A DNA stretch of 64,000 bases from Spirochaetia bacterium. Its GTDB lineage: Bacteria > Spirochaetota > Spirochaetia > SZUA-6 > Bin103. Position 1 is the first letter of the stretch. Each line of letters begins with the position of its first letter. Made by a program: the position numbers and the translations under genes. Below, piece after piece: positions 19,258 to 29,487 of this stretch. Location of the stretch: assembly GCA_965199955.1 (NCBI GenBank), contig CBDATQ010000002.1, positions 704,001 through 768,000 of the forward strand. Direction: 5' to 3'. The notes beneath the pieces are model-generated. The model was not told the origin of the DNA, did no database searches, and saw nothing but the letters and a program-made list of their open reading frames with translations.

Positions 19258-22200
19258 ATGGCGACCGATGCCGCGCTGAGGTGGTCGATCGGGTCCGCCC
19301 GCGACACGGGCGCGGCTGCGGGCATCGAGCTGGTCGCCAGCATCGACATCCGCCAGAACCGCTACCGGGGATGGAATCCGGTGGCCGGCGCATGGGATCC
19401 GGGTTCGGCGCCGTTCAACGTCCACCAGACGGGCCAGGTGCGCCCCAACGGGACGGCGTTCGGGATGGCGCCGGCGTGCGGGGCGTTCCCGGGGCAGGAA
19501 CCGGTCACCGGATTCCAGGGGCGGCGGCTGGTCAACAGCAAGAACCGCAACCTGGGCTCGCTGATCGGGGAGTTGCAGTCGGAGGTGTTCACGATCGCCG
19601 GCCACGGCATCGACTTCCTGATCGGCGGCGGCGACTTCGCGGACGTCACCTGCCTCAACCTGTACGTGCATGGCGCCGCGGGGTGGGAGCGGGCGCGCAC
19701 CGCGACCGGCGAGCGCAACCTGGAGCTGGTGCGGCGCGGCTGGGACGTGGCCGAGTTCCGCGGCCGGCAGGCCTACCTGCAGATCCTGGATTACGCGCCC
19801 GTGGAGCCGTGGGGGTGGCACGCCGCGCCGCGCTACCCGGAGGATGACTGGGGCTTCATCCTGGTGGACGACATCCGCCAGACCGACGGGGCCGCCGATC
19901 CCAGCCGCGTCGACGAAGCCGGCGACCGCGCGCGCAACTTCGACTTCGAGACCCTGCTTCCGGAGCGCTTCACGGTTGCCGCCGCTCATGATGCGAGCGG
20001 TGCCGGCGGGGTCTTCGAGATTCGGGATCGCGAGCGCGGCGGGGCGGTGGGCGCCCTGTACTGCAACGCCGCGGTCGAGCGGTGCGCCCCTGATCTGTGC
20101 AAGGTGTCCGTGACCTGGCGCTACCGCGGCCCGACGCTGAGCGGCGTCAAGCTGCGCCTCACCAGCCGGCTGCCGATCGCGGCCGGCGCCGCGCGCCACA
20201 CCCTGCACCCCGGGCTGCTGTATGACGGCAACCCCACCGCCGAGGCGTGCCACTACCTGGGCGAGGACTTCCCGGAGGCCGCCTCCACCGTGCCCGCCGG
20301 GTTCAGCGTCGAGGACGCGGAGCGGGTCTGTGCCGGCTGGGTGGCGCCCCAACAGCGGGCCGACGACCTCACGGCCAGCGTGCGCCTGCAGGTGGACCCG
20401 GAGTCGGGCCGCTACGAAGCCGTCCACCAGCTTCCGGAGTCGGCCGTCTTCGGCCGCCGGCTGCTGCTGGACAGCGACGCACGGCTCACCCTGGACGACG
20501 GCGACTGCCACGCCAAGACGCTCTACCTGTTCAACGCCGACCGCCGGCCGGGACCGGTGTACCGGCCGGGCTACTGCGGTGCGATGTCGGCGGCGTGGCG
20601 GCAGCTCTACCCGGTCTCGCCGACCAATCCGCCACACACGCTGCGCGAAGACTACGAGATGCGCCTGCGCACCACGCTCGACGACCACGGGCTGATCCAG
20701 GAGATTGCCCGCGGCGGTCGCACGTACCGCGTGTTCTACGTCGGGCGCTGGGTGTACGGCGACGCGCCGACCGGCGGCGGGCGGTTCCTTCCCAAGGAGT
20801 ACTTCCACCGGTTCGTCGGCTTCTCCTGGTCCGGCATGGCCGGGCTGGTGGCGCACGCCGCGCTCGATCACGGCCTGCAGCACGGCGACGACGACGCGGT
20901 GCGGGCCGCCGTCGACACCATGGACTTCTTCGCCGAGCACGGGATGTCGCCGCTGGGCATCCTGTATCCTACCTACCACGAGGACCACGCCGGACTGGTC
21001 GACACCTTCGGCACCTACTATGACCCAGGCCGCATCGACATGGGGCCGCTGGGCGAGGGACTGTACTGGTACCTGCGCTGCGCCGAACGGATGCGGAGCC
21101 AGGGCAGCGAACCGCCGGCGAGCTGGGAAGCGGCGGTTCGCAGCTCCCTGGACCACATCATGGAGCTCTTTCCCGACGGCGACGTGCCGGGCCGCATCGA
21201 CGGCACGAGCGGCGAGCCCGCCGCCCGCCGCATCCAGCTTCTCTACTGGGAGCGCTCGCGGTGGACGGAGCGTCAGAGCCGACCCGCCGACATCGTGTTC
21301 GCCAGGCCGAGCGAGCGGGGAGCCACCAACTTCATCTACCTGATCTGGGCCTACGTGCGCGCCGCCCGCGACCTCGGCGAGCAGCGCTACCTGGAGTACG
21401 CCGTGGCGCTGGGCGAGCTGGCGTTGCAGGTGATGGAGCGGTTCACCGTGTTCGCCGGCTCCGAGATGGACTTCTACAACATCGACAAGCGTCAGGGACA
21501 CGCGCTGCTGGCCGCCCACAATGACCTGTACGACGCCACCGGAGAACGGCGCTGGCTCGCGGCGGCGGAAGTCGCGGCGAGCTGGTTCGCCACTTGGCAG
21601 TACCACTTCAACGCCTGCACCGACGGGCTCGGCGACCTGCCGCTCGGCCGCTGGGACTACCGCACGGTGGGCGGCACCACGGTCGACATCAAGTACTCGA
21701 CCAACAACCTCGTTTATGCCCAAGGCGCCACCGAATTCCTGCGGCTGTGGCGCCACACCGGCGATGCGGAGTGGTTCGAACGTGCCCGCGCCCTGCTGCA
21801 CCAGGGCGTGCAGAGCTCCCTGACCGAAGAGAAGCGCCTCTGGCTCAACGCCCACTACCAGTCCGAGGCACGGGTGCCGGCGCAGCACGCGTTCAACCCG
21901 GACACGCAGTTCGACGCTGCGTGCCTGGGCGGAGGCACCGAGGACGTGCTGCCGGCGTGGCCCTATGGCGGCAACTGGACGACCAAGTACGGCGCCATCC
22001 TGAGCATGTACATGCTGGCCGAAGCGCTCGACGTCGATCCGATCCTGGCGCGCTACGGTGGCATCACCTACCGCCTTGCGGACGCGCCGGAGGACGATTG
22101 GGTAGGCGCGCTGGAGACGCTCGATGGCGTGCGCGCATGGCGATCGGGCGGCGCGGTCACCATCGCGGCGCGCAACATGGTCCCGGCCGACGCCCGCTAC

Positions 22201-22332
22201 ACCGCCCGGGTCCTGGACGCGGACGGCAGCCCCGTGGCGGACGCTGCCGCCGACTTCGGAGCCGGCGGCGAGGGGCTCATCCGGGTACCGCTGCCCGCGC
22301 AGCGCCGCTACCGACGCTCACCGAGCGCATGA
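19258..22332 (+). CDS. Large hypothetical protein (1024 aa): N-terminal beta-sandwich accessory domain plus C-terminal glycosidase-like helical toroid
   Basis: GELQSEVFTI..DFLIGGG..ATG..WDVAEFRGRQAYLQILD..WGFILVDDI; C-terminal helical repeats LYDATGERRWL, LWRHTGDAEWFERA. Confidence 0.75.
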   Translation: MATDAALRWSIGSARDTGAAAGIELVASIDIRQNRYRGWNPVAGAWDPGSAPFNVHQTGQVRPNGTAFGMAPACGAFPGQEPVTGFQGRRLVNSKNRNLGSLIGELQSEVFTIAGHGIDFLIGGGDFADVTCLNLYVHGAAGWERARTATGERNLELVRRGWDVAEFRGRQAYLQILDYAPVEPWGWHAAPRYPEDDWGFILVDDIRQTDGAADPSRVDEAGDRARNFDFETLLPERFTVAAAHDASGAGGVFEIRDRERGGAVGALYCNAAVERCAPDLCKVSVTWRYRGPTLSGVKLRLTSRLPIAAGAARHTLHPGLLYDGNPTAEACHYLGEDFPEAASTVPAGFSVEDAERVCAGWVAPQQRADDLTASVRLQVDPESGRYEAVHQLPESAVFGRRLLLDSDARLTLDDGDCHAKTLYLFNADRRPGPVYRPGYCGAMSAAWRQLYPVSPTNPPHTLREDYEMRLRTTLDDHGLIQEIARGGRTYRVFYVGRWVYGDAPTGGGRFLPKEYFHRFVGFSWSGMAGLVAHAALDHGLQHGDDDAVRAAVDTMDFFAEHGMSPLGILYPTYHEDHAGLVDTFGTYYDPGRIDMGPLGEGLYWYLRCAERMRSQGSEPPASWEAAVRSSLDHIMELFPDGDVPGRIDGTSGEPAARRIQLLYWERSRWTERQSRPADIVFARPSERGATNFIYLIWAYVRAARDLGEQRYLEYAVALGELALQVMERFTVFAGSEMDFYNIDKRQGHALLAAHNDLYDATGERRWLAAAEVAASWFATWQYHFNACTDGLGDLPLGRWDYRTVGGTTVDIKYSTNNLVYAQGATEFLRLWRHTGDAEWFERARALLHQGVQSSLTEEKRLWLNAHYQSEARVPAQHAFNPDTQFDAACLGGGTEDVLPAWPYGGNWTTKYGAILSMYMLAEALDVDPILARYGGITYRLADAPEDDWVGALETLDGVRAWRSGGAVTIAARNMVPADARYTARVLDADGSPVADAAADFGAGGEGLIRVPLPAQRRYRRSPSA

Positions 22333-22375
22333 TAGGATCGGCCGGCATAGCACAGACACCGATGGAGGAAACGCT

Positions 22376-24241
22376 GTGAATCGAGTTCTGACCATCCTCG
22401 CGCTGTTCGTGGCCTGCACGGCAGTGACATTCGCCCAATATCAGGAGGCGCCGATGCTGGCGGAGCGCGTGGCCTCCGGCGACCTGCCGGCAATCGACGA
22501 GCGGCTCCCCGACGAGCCGCTGGTGCTCACGCTGGAGCGCAGCGCCGCCCCCGACGGCATGCTCGACGAGCTCGAGATCGGGTCCTACGGCGGCGACGTG
22601 CGCCTCATCAACCTGGCGCCGAACTTCGCGCCCGAAATGTACTTCATGACTATCGAGACGCTGCTGGCGCGGCCGGGCTGGATCAGCATGGGGCATCCGC
22701 TCACCGGCAACATCTACGAGAGCTACGAGATCAGCCCGGATGGGACCACGTTCACGTTCCAGTTGCGCCGCGGCCTGCGCTGGTCGGACGGCGAACCGGT
22801 GACGACCGGGGACGTGGTGTTCCACTACGAGAACATCCTGCACAACGAGCAGCTCACCCCGAACATCGGCTGGCAGTTCCGCTCGAAGCTCCTGCCCACC
22901 GGCGACGTCTACGAGCTGGAGGTGATCGACGACTACTCGTATCGGATCACGTTCTCCGAGTCCACGCCCGGCTTCCTCGACGAGATCAACAAGCCGTGGA
23001 TGGACTACACGGGCTTCCTGCAGCCCAGGCACTACCTGTCGCAGTTCCACGCCGACTTCGCTGACGCCGAGGAGCTGGCCGCCAAGGTGGCCGCCGCCGA
23101 CCTGCTGGCCGACGAGTGGTGGCGCCTGTTCCAGCTCAAGATGCTCACGCCGTGGGAGGGGAAGACCCCGGACGTGGTGGACATCCCCGTGCTGCACCCG
23201 TGGGTGGTGGTCTCGACCTCGCCCACGCAGACCGTGTTCGAGCGCAACCCCTACTACTTCAAGGTGGACGCCGCTGGCAACCAGCTTCCCTACATCGACC
23301 GCATCGTCAGCACCAAGGTGGAAGGCCCCGAGGGCGCCAGCCTGAAGATCATCGCCGGCGAGGTGGACTTGGCCGACGAGCTGGCGAAGATCTCGTCGCT
23401 GCCGATCTATCGTGAGAACGAGTCCAACGGATACCGCGCGGTCACTTCCGGTGTCGCCTACAACCCGGTCGTGCACGCTTTCAACTTCGCGCTCGATGAT
23501 CCGGTCTGGCGGCAGGTCGCAGGCGACCTGCGCTTCCGGCAGGCGCTGAACCTGGCCATCAACCGCGACGAGATCATCGACGCCGTGTACTACGGCTTCG
23601 CCTCGCCGCCGGAGTGGGTCCCCGCGACCTACGATCCCGATGAGGCGGGGCGGCTGCTGGACGCCGTGGGGCTGGACAGGCGGGACAGCGACGGCTGGCG
23701 GCTGGGACCCGACGGGGAGCGTTTCGAGATCAATCTGGAGGTGACCGCGCACCTGCCGGACACGGTGCCTGCCAACGAGCTGATCGCCGAGCACTACCGT
23801 GCGGTCGGCCTGTACACCACGCTGGAGGTGGTCGAGATCGGCCTGTTCATCGAGCGGCGCAACGCCAACCAGTACCAGATCGACACGCTGTGGAACGAAG
23901 CGACCACGCTGCACGCCTTCGGCCACGCCAAGCACCACCTGATCGGCCACATCCCGCCGTGGGGGCAGTGGTACAACTCGGGCGGGGAGCAGGGTGAGGA
24001 GCCGCCGGCCTGGTTCCAGGAGCTGTACGACCTGGGCCTGGGCATCGGCCCTGGCATCCCGTGGGATCAGGAGGTCGTGGACCGGTACCAGCAGACGTTC
24101 TACGATACGATTCCGCAGATCAACGTCACCTACAATCCGTCGACGGTTCTGATCGTCGATCAGGATCTGCGCAACGTCTTCACCGATGGCGTGGCGCAGT
24201 GGGTGATCTACAGTTCGGAGCAGCTCTATTACGAGCGTTGA
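22376..24241 (+). CDS. ABC transporter substrate-binding protein, family 5
   Basis: Signal peptide, EAPMLAERVASGDLP..ERLP, LRRGLRWSDGEPVT, NPYYFKVDAAGNQLPYID; GTG after GGAGGA. Confidence 0.92.
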   Translation: MNRVLTILALFVACTAVTFAQYQEAPMLAERVASGDLPAIDERLPDEPLVLTLERSAAPDGMLDELEIGSYGGDVRLINLAPNFAPEMYFMTIETLLARPGWISMGHPLTGNIYESYEISPDGTTFTFQLRRGLRWSDGEPVTTGDVVFHYENILHNEQLTPNIGWQFRSKLLPTGDVYELEVIDDYSYRITFSESTPGFLDEINKPWMDYTGFLQPRHYLSQFHADFADAEELAAKVAAADLLADEWWRLFQLKMLTPWEGKTPDVVDIPVLHPWVVVSTSPTQTVFERNPYYFKVDAAGNQLPYIDRIVSTKVEGPEGASLKIIAGEVDLADELAKISSLPIYRENESNGYRAVTSGVAYNPVVHAFNFALDDPVWRQVAGDLRFRQALNLAINRDEIIDAVYYGFASPPEWVPATYDPDEAGRLLDAVGLDRRDSDGWRLGPDGERFEINLEVTAHLPDTVPANELIAEHYRAVGLYTTLEVVEIGLFIERRNANQYQIDTLWNEATTLHAFGHAKHHLIGHIPPWGQWYNSGGEQGEEPPAWFQELYDLGLGIGPGIPWDQEVVDRYQQTFYDTIPQINVTYNPSTVLIVDQDLRNVFTDGVAQWVIYSSEQLYYER

Positions 24242-24254
24242 CCTGGCCGTAGCG

Positions 24255-24292
24255 GCATCGGCCTGCCGGCGCTGAGCCCGGTGGGCCGATGC
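24255..24292 (+). promoter_or_regulatory. Intercistronic stem-loop covering the permease start codon
   Basis: GCATCGGCCTGCCGG pairs with CCGGTGGGCCGATGC (15 bp, two G-U); ATG 24289 lies in the 3' arm. Confidence 0.5.
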
Positions 24293-25287
24293 TTCGATAC
24301 ATCGTGCGACGGGTGGCGGCCTTCGTGCCGTTGCTGTTGCTCCTCTCGGCGGTGAGCTTCACGATCATCGAGCTCCCGCCGGGAGATTATCTCACCTCGT
24401 ACATGCTGCGACTGGAGCTCCAGGGGAGCCGGATCACCGACGACCAGGTCGCGAATCTCTCCGCGTACTACGGGCTGGACCAGCCGATCTTCACGCGCTA
24501 TCTGCTCTGGCTGCGCAACATCGTGTTCCGTGGCAACCTCGGCTGGTCCTTCGCCCATGACCGGCCGGTGTCCGTCGTGATCGGGGAGCGGCTCGGGCTC
24601 ACCCTGGTGGTGACCGTTTCAACGCTGATCTTCACCTACGTGGCGGCGGTCCCGATCGGCGTGTACTCGGCGGTGCGGCAGTATTCCTTCTTCGACTACT
24701 TCTGGACCTTCTGGGGATTCGTGGGGCTGGCGATCCCGAACTTCCTGTTCGCGCTGGTGCTCCTGTGGATCGCGTTCCGCTACTTCGGCGTCGCGATCAC
24801 GGGGCTGTTCGCGCCCGAGTTTGTCGACGCTCCCTGGAGCCTGGCGCGGGTGTGGAGCATGCTGCAGCGGCTCTGGGCGCCGGTGGTGGTCGTGGGCACC
24901 GCGGGGATGGCGGGCCTGATCCGCGTCATGCGCGGCACCCTGCTGGACGAGTTGCGCAAACAGTACGTGGTGACCGCGCGCGCCAAGGGCGTCGGCGAAG
25001 GGCGCCTGCTGTTCAAATATCCGGTGCGGATCGCCGTCAACCCGATCATCAGCGGCATCGGCTGGCTGCTGCCCGCCATCATCTCCGGCGCCACCATCAC
25101 GTCCATCGTGCTCAACCTGCCGACCACCGGCCCGGTGCTGCTGGGGGCGCTGCTGGCTCAGGACATGTACCTGGCGGGCAGTTTCGTGATGATCCTCAGC
25201 ATCCTGGTGCTGGTGGGAAACCTGATCTCGGACATCGTCCTGGCGTGGGTCGATCCGCGCATCCGTTTCGCCCGCATCGAGTCGTGA
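24289..25287 (+). CDS. ABC permease DppB/OppB-like
   Basis: LPPGD, YGLDQP, YVVTARAKG, DPRIR; multiple TM segments. Confidence 0.93.
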   Translation: MLRYIVRRVAAFVPLLLLLSAVSFTIIELPPGDYLTSYMLRLELQGSRITDDQVANLSAYYGLDQPIFTRYLLWLRNIVFRGNLGWSFAHDRPVSVVIGERLGLTLVVTVSTLIFTYVAAVPIGVYSAVRQYSFFDYFWTFWGFVGLAIPNFLFALVLLWIAFRYFGVAITGLFAPEFVDAPWSLARVWSMLQRLWAPVVVVGTAGMAGLIRVMRGTLLDELRKQYVVTARAKGVGEGRLLFKYPVRIAVNPIISGIGWLLPAIISGATITSIVLNLPTTGPVLLGALLAQDMYLAGSFVMILSILVLVGNLISDIVLAWVDPRIRFARIES

Positions 25288-26396
25288 AGCAGCGCACGCG
25301 CACCGACGACGAGAGCTACTTCGTCGCGTCGCAGTGGCGGATGATGTGGTGGAAGTTCCGCCGCCACCGGCTGGCCGTGGTTGCCGGTCCGGCGCTGGCC
25401 CTCATCTACCTGCTGGCGCTGTTCGCGGACTTCGTGGCGCCGTACGGGGTGACCACCCGCTTTCCCGGCTACCTTAACGCGCCACCCAATCTGATCCGAT
25501 TCGGAGGCGGCGGCGAGGAGAGGGCGTCGGGAGCCTTCGTGTACGGACTGAAGATGGAGCGCCACCCGTACACGATGCGCAAGATCTACCAGCTCGACCG
25601 GGAGCTGCGGTATCCGGTGCGCTTTCTCGGGGCCGGGGAGGAGTACCGCTTCCTGGGGCTGTTCAAGGCCAGCGGCCACCTGTTCGTGCCGGCGTCGGCG
25701 GATGCGCCCCTGTTCCTGTTCGGCACCGACCGGCTGGGACGCGACCTGTTTTCGCGTGTGCTGCACGCGGCGCGGATCTCCCTTTCCATCGGCTTGGTGG
25801 GCGTGCTGCTCAGCACTGTTCTGGGCGTGCTGCTCGGCGGTCTGGCCGGCTACTTCGGAGGCATCGTCGACCGCGTGGTGATGCGGCTGGTGGACCTGCT
25901 GTCTTCCATTCCGACCATACCGCTGTGGATGGGGCTGGCCGCGGCCGTACCGCGTGACTGGTCGGTGGTGACGACCTACTTCGCCATCACGCTGATCCTG
26001 TCGCTGGTAGGCTGGACCGGGCTGGCGCGCGCGGTGCGCGGTCGCTTCCTGTCGCTGCGGGTGGAGGACTTCGTGATGGCCGCGGTGGTATCGGCTGTGC
26101 GCGAGCGCACCATCATCTTCGGCCACCTGCTGCCGTCGTTCCTGAGCTACATCATCGTGTCGCTGACGCTGGCGATTCCGGCGGTGATCCTGGGGGAGAC
26201 GGCGCTGAGCTTTCTGGGCCTCGGCATCCAGCCGCCGGCGGTGAGCTGGGGCACGCTGCTGCAGGACGCCCAGAACTTCCAGGCGGTGGCCAGTCAGCCG
26301 TGGCTGCTGATCCCCTGCATCTTCGTGATAGTCACGGTGCTGCTCTACAACTTCCTCGGCGATGGCCTGCGCGACGCTGCCGACCCCTATTCCTGA
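25284..26396 (+). CDS. ABC permease DppC/OppC-like
   Basis: FGTDRLGRDLFSR, ETALSFLGLG, SWG, GDGLRDAADP; GTGA overlap with the previous gene. Confidence 0.93.
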   Translation: MKQRTRTDDESYFVASQWRMMWWKFRRHRLAVVAGPALALIYLLALFADFVAPYGVTTRFPGYLNAPPNLIRFGGGGEERASGAFVYGLKMERHPYTMRKIYQLDRELRYPVRFLGAGEEYRFLGLFKASGHLFVPASADAPLFLFGTDRLGRDLFSRVLHAARISLSIGLVGVLLSTVLGVLLGGLAGYFGGIVDRVVMRLVDLLSSIPTIPLWMGLAAAVPRDWSVVTTYFAITLILSLVGWTGLARAVRGRFLSLRVEDFVMAAVVSAVRERTIIFGHLLPSFLSYIIVSLTLAIPAVILGETALSFLGLGIQPPAVSWGTLLQDAQNFQAVASQPWLLIPCIFVIVTVLLYNFLGDGLRDAADPYS

Positions 26397-26438
26397 ACAG
26401 CAGCGCGTCCCGGGCCGCTCTCGTTCCGCCGCGAATCG

Positions 26439-28529
26439 TCAGGCTTCGTAGAACCCGCTGCCTGCCTTCGCGACCTGCTGCAGCCGCTCCGACGGCGCGA
26501 AGCGCTCGCCGTGGCGTCCGCGCAGCTCTTCCAGCAGGGCGACGATCCGATCCGGGCCGTGGTCGTCGGCGTGCGCCAGGATGCCCCCGCGGTCCTGTGG
26601 GAAGCCGGTGCCCAGGATCATGGTCATGTCCAGCGGCATGGGCTCGGTGACGATGCCCTCCTCCAGGCAGCGGCTCGCCTCGTTGGCCATCAGCGCCAGG
26701 CAGCGGTGCAGGTCGTCTACGGAGGCCGGGCGTCGGTCGCCGGGACGACGCAGCGCGGCGGCGTCCGGATTGGGGTGCGCGTCGCCGGCGTAGACGTAGA
26801 ATCCCGCCCCGCTCTTGCGGCCGAGCATGCCCGCCTCGGCCAGCGCGCGGGCCGGCGCCGGGCACCGGTAGCGGTCGCCGAACGAGCGCTCCAGCGAGTC
26901 GGCGATCTTCACGGTCACGTCGATGCCGATCTCGTCCATGAGCCGGTATGGCCCCATCGGCAGGCCGAAATCCAGGGCGAAGCGGTCCAGGCTTTCGAGG
27001 TCGTCGATTCCGTCGCTGTCATGCGCCAGGTGGAGCGCTTCCAGGAGGTAGGGGAACAGAACGCGGTTGGACACGAACCCCGGACGGCCGCCGACCACGA
27101 TCGGCGTCTTGCCCAGGTTGCGGGCGAGGGCAACGGCGGTCGCCAGCACCGCGTCCGTGGTCGCCGGCGCGCGCGCGATCTCCACCAACGGCATGCGGTT
27201 GACGGGATTGAAGAAGTGCACGGCGACGAACCGTTCCGGGCGCTCCAGCACGCCGGCCAGTTCGTCGATCGGAAGCGACGAGGTGTTGGTGGCGATGACG
27301 GCATCGGTGTCGACCAGCCCCTCCATCTCCCGCAGCACCCGTTTCTTGAGATCGAGGTCCTCGGTCGCCGCCTCGATCACCAAGTCCGCGCCGGCCAAGG
27401 CCGCCGGGTCGGTGGCCGGCTTGATGCGGGCGAGCTTCGCTTCCACATCCTCGGCGGTCACGCGGCCGCGTTTAAGCGGGTAATCGTACATCGCGCGGGC
27501 CGCGGTCATGCCGCGTTCCGCGCGACCCTGGTCGACGTCGCGCATGACGACCGGCAGGCCGGAATCGCAAAGCGCCCAGGCGATGCCGGCCCCCATGGTG
27601 CCGGCGCCCAGCACCGCCGGCCGCTCGACCGGCAGCGGGGCGGCGGAGAGCCCCCAGCGCTCCTTCCGCAGCCGATCGCGGTTGAAGAACATGCGCATCA
27701 GGTTGCGCCCGGCGCGGCTGCGCACCCGGTCGACGAAGGCGGCCCGCTCCACGTCCAGGCCGGCCGCCATCGCCGTCCCGGCCGCGCCGACGACGACCTT
27801 CAGCGCGGCCAGCGGCGCCTCGTCGTGCAGCGGCCCGCGGCGGACGAGGCGCCGTGCCGCTTCGGCCTGCTCCTCGCCGACCGCCGGAGCCGGCATGCGC
27901 AGATCAGGTCCGTCGGGCGCGGGCGCTGCTGCCAGCAGCTCGTCCAGGGCCCGGTCCAGGTCCTCCCGCGCCGCGCAGGCGGTCGCCAGCCCCAGCTCCA
28001 CGGCGCGCGGTCCGTCCACGGGGCGGCCGCTGCAGATCATCGGCAAGGCATGCGCTACCCCCACCAGCCGCGGCAGCCGCTGCGTGCCGCCCCAGCCGGG
28101 GATCAGTCCCAGCGTCACCTCCGGCAGGCCCAGCGCACAGCGGCGGTCGTCGGAGACCAGCCGCCAAGTGGTCGTCATGGCGAACTCCAGCCCGCCGCCC
28201 AGGCAGGCTCCGTCGATCACGCTGACCGTCGGCACGCGCAGGGCCTGCAGCCGGTTGAACAGGTGCTGTCCGCGGCCGATGAAGGCGTCCGCGACCTCGG
28301 GCCGGATGAGCGTTCGCAGCTCGCCGATGTCGGCGCCGGCGATGAAGCAGCCTGGCTTGGCGCTGCGGAACACCACCGCGCGGATGTCGAGGTCGACTGC
28401 GATGTCGTCGAGCAGGCGTTCCAGCTCGTCCAGCACCGGGGTCGACAGGGTGTTCACCTTCGATCCCGGCTGGTCGAAGAGCACCTCTAGGCGCCCGCCG
28501 GGCTGCCGTTGCGTGGTGATGGTCGTCAT
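26439..28529 (-). CDS. Fatty acid oxidation multifunctional enzyme (enoyl-CoA hydratase/3-hydroxyacyl-CoA dehydrogenase), FadB/FadJ-like
   Basis: FIAGADI, GGGLE, PEVTLGLIPGWGGTQRL, GAGTMG, TNTSSL, HFFNP. Confidence 0.93.
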   Translation of the reverse strand: MTTITTQRQPGGRLEVLFDQPGSKVNTLSTPVLDELERLLDDIAVDLDIRAVVFRSAKPGCFIAGADIGELRTLIRPEVADAFIGRGQHLFNRLQALRVPTVSVIDGACLGGGLEFAMTTTWRLVSDDRRCALGLPEVTLGLIPGWGGTQRLPRLVGVAHALPMICSGRPVDGPRAVELGLATACAAREDLDRALDELLAAAPAPDGPDLRMPAPAVGEEQAEAARRLVRRGPLHDEAPLAALKVVVGAAGTAMAAGLDVERAAFVDRVRSRAGRNLMRMFFNRDRLRKERWGLSAAPLPVERPAVLGAGTMGAGIAWALCDSGLPVVMRDVDQGRAERGMTAARAMYDYPLKRGRVTAEDVEAKLARIKPATDPAALAGADLVIEAATEDLDLKKRVLREMEGLVDTDAVIATNTSSLPIDELAGVLERPERFVAVHFFNPVNRMPLVEIARAPATTDAVLATAVALARNLGKTPIVVGGRPGFVSNRVLFPYLLEALHLAHDSDGIDDLESLDRFALDFGLPMGPYRLMDEIGIDVTVKIADSLERSFGDRYRCPAPARALAEAGMLGRKSGAGFYVYAGDAHPNPDAAALRRPGDRRPASVDDLHRCLALMANEASRCLEEGIVTEPMPLDMTMILGTGFPQDRGGILAHADDHGPDRIVALLEELRGRHGERFAPSERLQQVAKAGSGFYEA

Positions 28530-28544
28530 GGCGGTTGGTCGAAG

Positions 28545-29480
28545 CTACTCCTTGATGGCGCCGATCATGATGCCTCGCACGAAATAGCGCTGGATGAACG
28601 GATACACCAACAGGATCGGCGCGACGCTGACGATCACAATCGCGGCTCGCATCTTGGCCAGCCAGCCGTTGCGAATGTAGGCGGCGCTGGCGTCTTCTTC
28701 CAGGCCCTCGATGATGCTGTTGATGTTGCCGCCGAAGTCGCGCAGGATCAGAAATCGACGCAGGACGATGGTCAGCGGCATCTTCTCCTGATCGTACAGA
28801 TAGACCATCGGGCGAAAGAACTCGTTCCACATCGACACGGCGGCGAACAGGCCGATCGTTGCCAGAATCGGCACGATCAGCGGCAGCACGATGCGCAGGT
28901 AGATCAGGAAGTCGCCGCCGCCGTCGATGTACACGGAGTCCTTCAGCGACTGATGCACCGTCTGTCGGATGGCGGTGCGGAAGATGAAGATGTAGAAGGG
29001 ATTGACCGCCGTGGGCAGCACGATGGCCCACAGGGTGTTGACCATGCCCAGGGTCCGGATCCACAGGAACACCGGGATCAGGCCGCCCTCGAAGAACATC
29101 ATTGCCGCCAAGTAGAGGGACACCGACCGCTTGAAACGGAAGCGGTCCTCGGCCAGCACGAAACCGGCCATCGAGGACAGCCACCCCACCAGCACCGTGA
29201 ACACGGTCGCATACAGGATGGAGTTCAAGTAGGCGCGAAGGATGAGCGGGTTGCGGAATACGAACTCGTAGATCTCGAACCCCATCCCGCGCGGCCACAG
29301 GACGATGCGGCCCAGCCCGACGTCCGCATAGCTGCTGATCGACACGGAGAACAGGTAGATGAACGGGTACAGGCAGACCACGCAGACCAGCACGCCCAGG
29401 GCGGCATTGCACACGTCGAACACGCGCGACGGCATCGACTCCCGGTAGCGGACCGGCCTCCTGGCGTGCGGCTCCGTCAT
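28545..29480 (-). CDS. Carbohydrate ABC permease (MalG/UgpE-like)
   Basis: GGLIP, divergent EAA loop (DSVYIDGG), WNEFF, YPFIQRYFVRGIMIGAIKE. Confidence 0.92.
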   Translation of the reverse strand: MTEPHARRPVRYRESMPSRVFDVCNAALGVLVCVVCLYPFIYLFSVSISSYADVGLGRIVLWPRGMGFEIYEFVFRNPLILRAYLNSILYATVFTVLVGWLSSMAGFVLAEDRFRFKRSVSLYLAAMMFFEGGLIPVFLWIRTLGMVNTLWAIVLPTAVNPFYIFIFRTAIRQTVHQSLKDSVYIDGGGDFLIYLRIVLPLIVPILATIGLFAAVSMWNEFFRPMVYLYDQEKMPLTIVLRRFLILRDFGGNINSIIEGLEEDASAAYIRNGWLAKMRAAIVIVSVAPILLVYPFIQRYFVRGIMIGAIKE

Positions 29481-29487
29481 GCGGACA

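Noticed and set aside
19091..19258. 55-codon ORF whose stop overlaps the start of the 1024-aa gene
   Set aside because: No recognisable motif and weak codon bias; may be chance
19018..21888. 956-aa antisense ORF and similar long Arg/Ala/Gly-rich ORFs throughout
   Set aside because: Shadows of real genes on the opposite strand or frame, with no motifs
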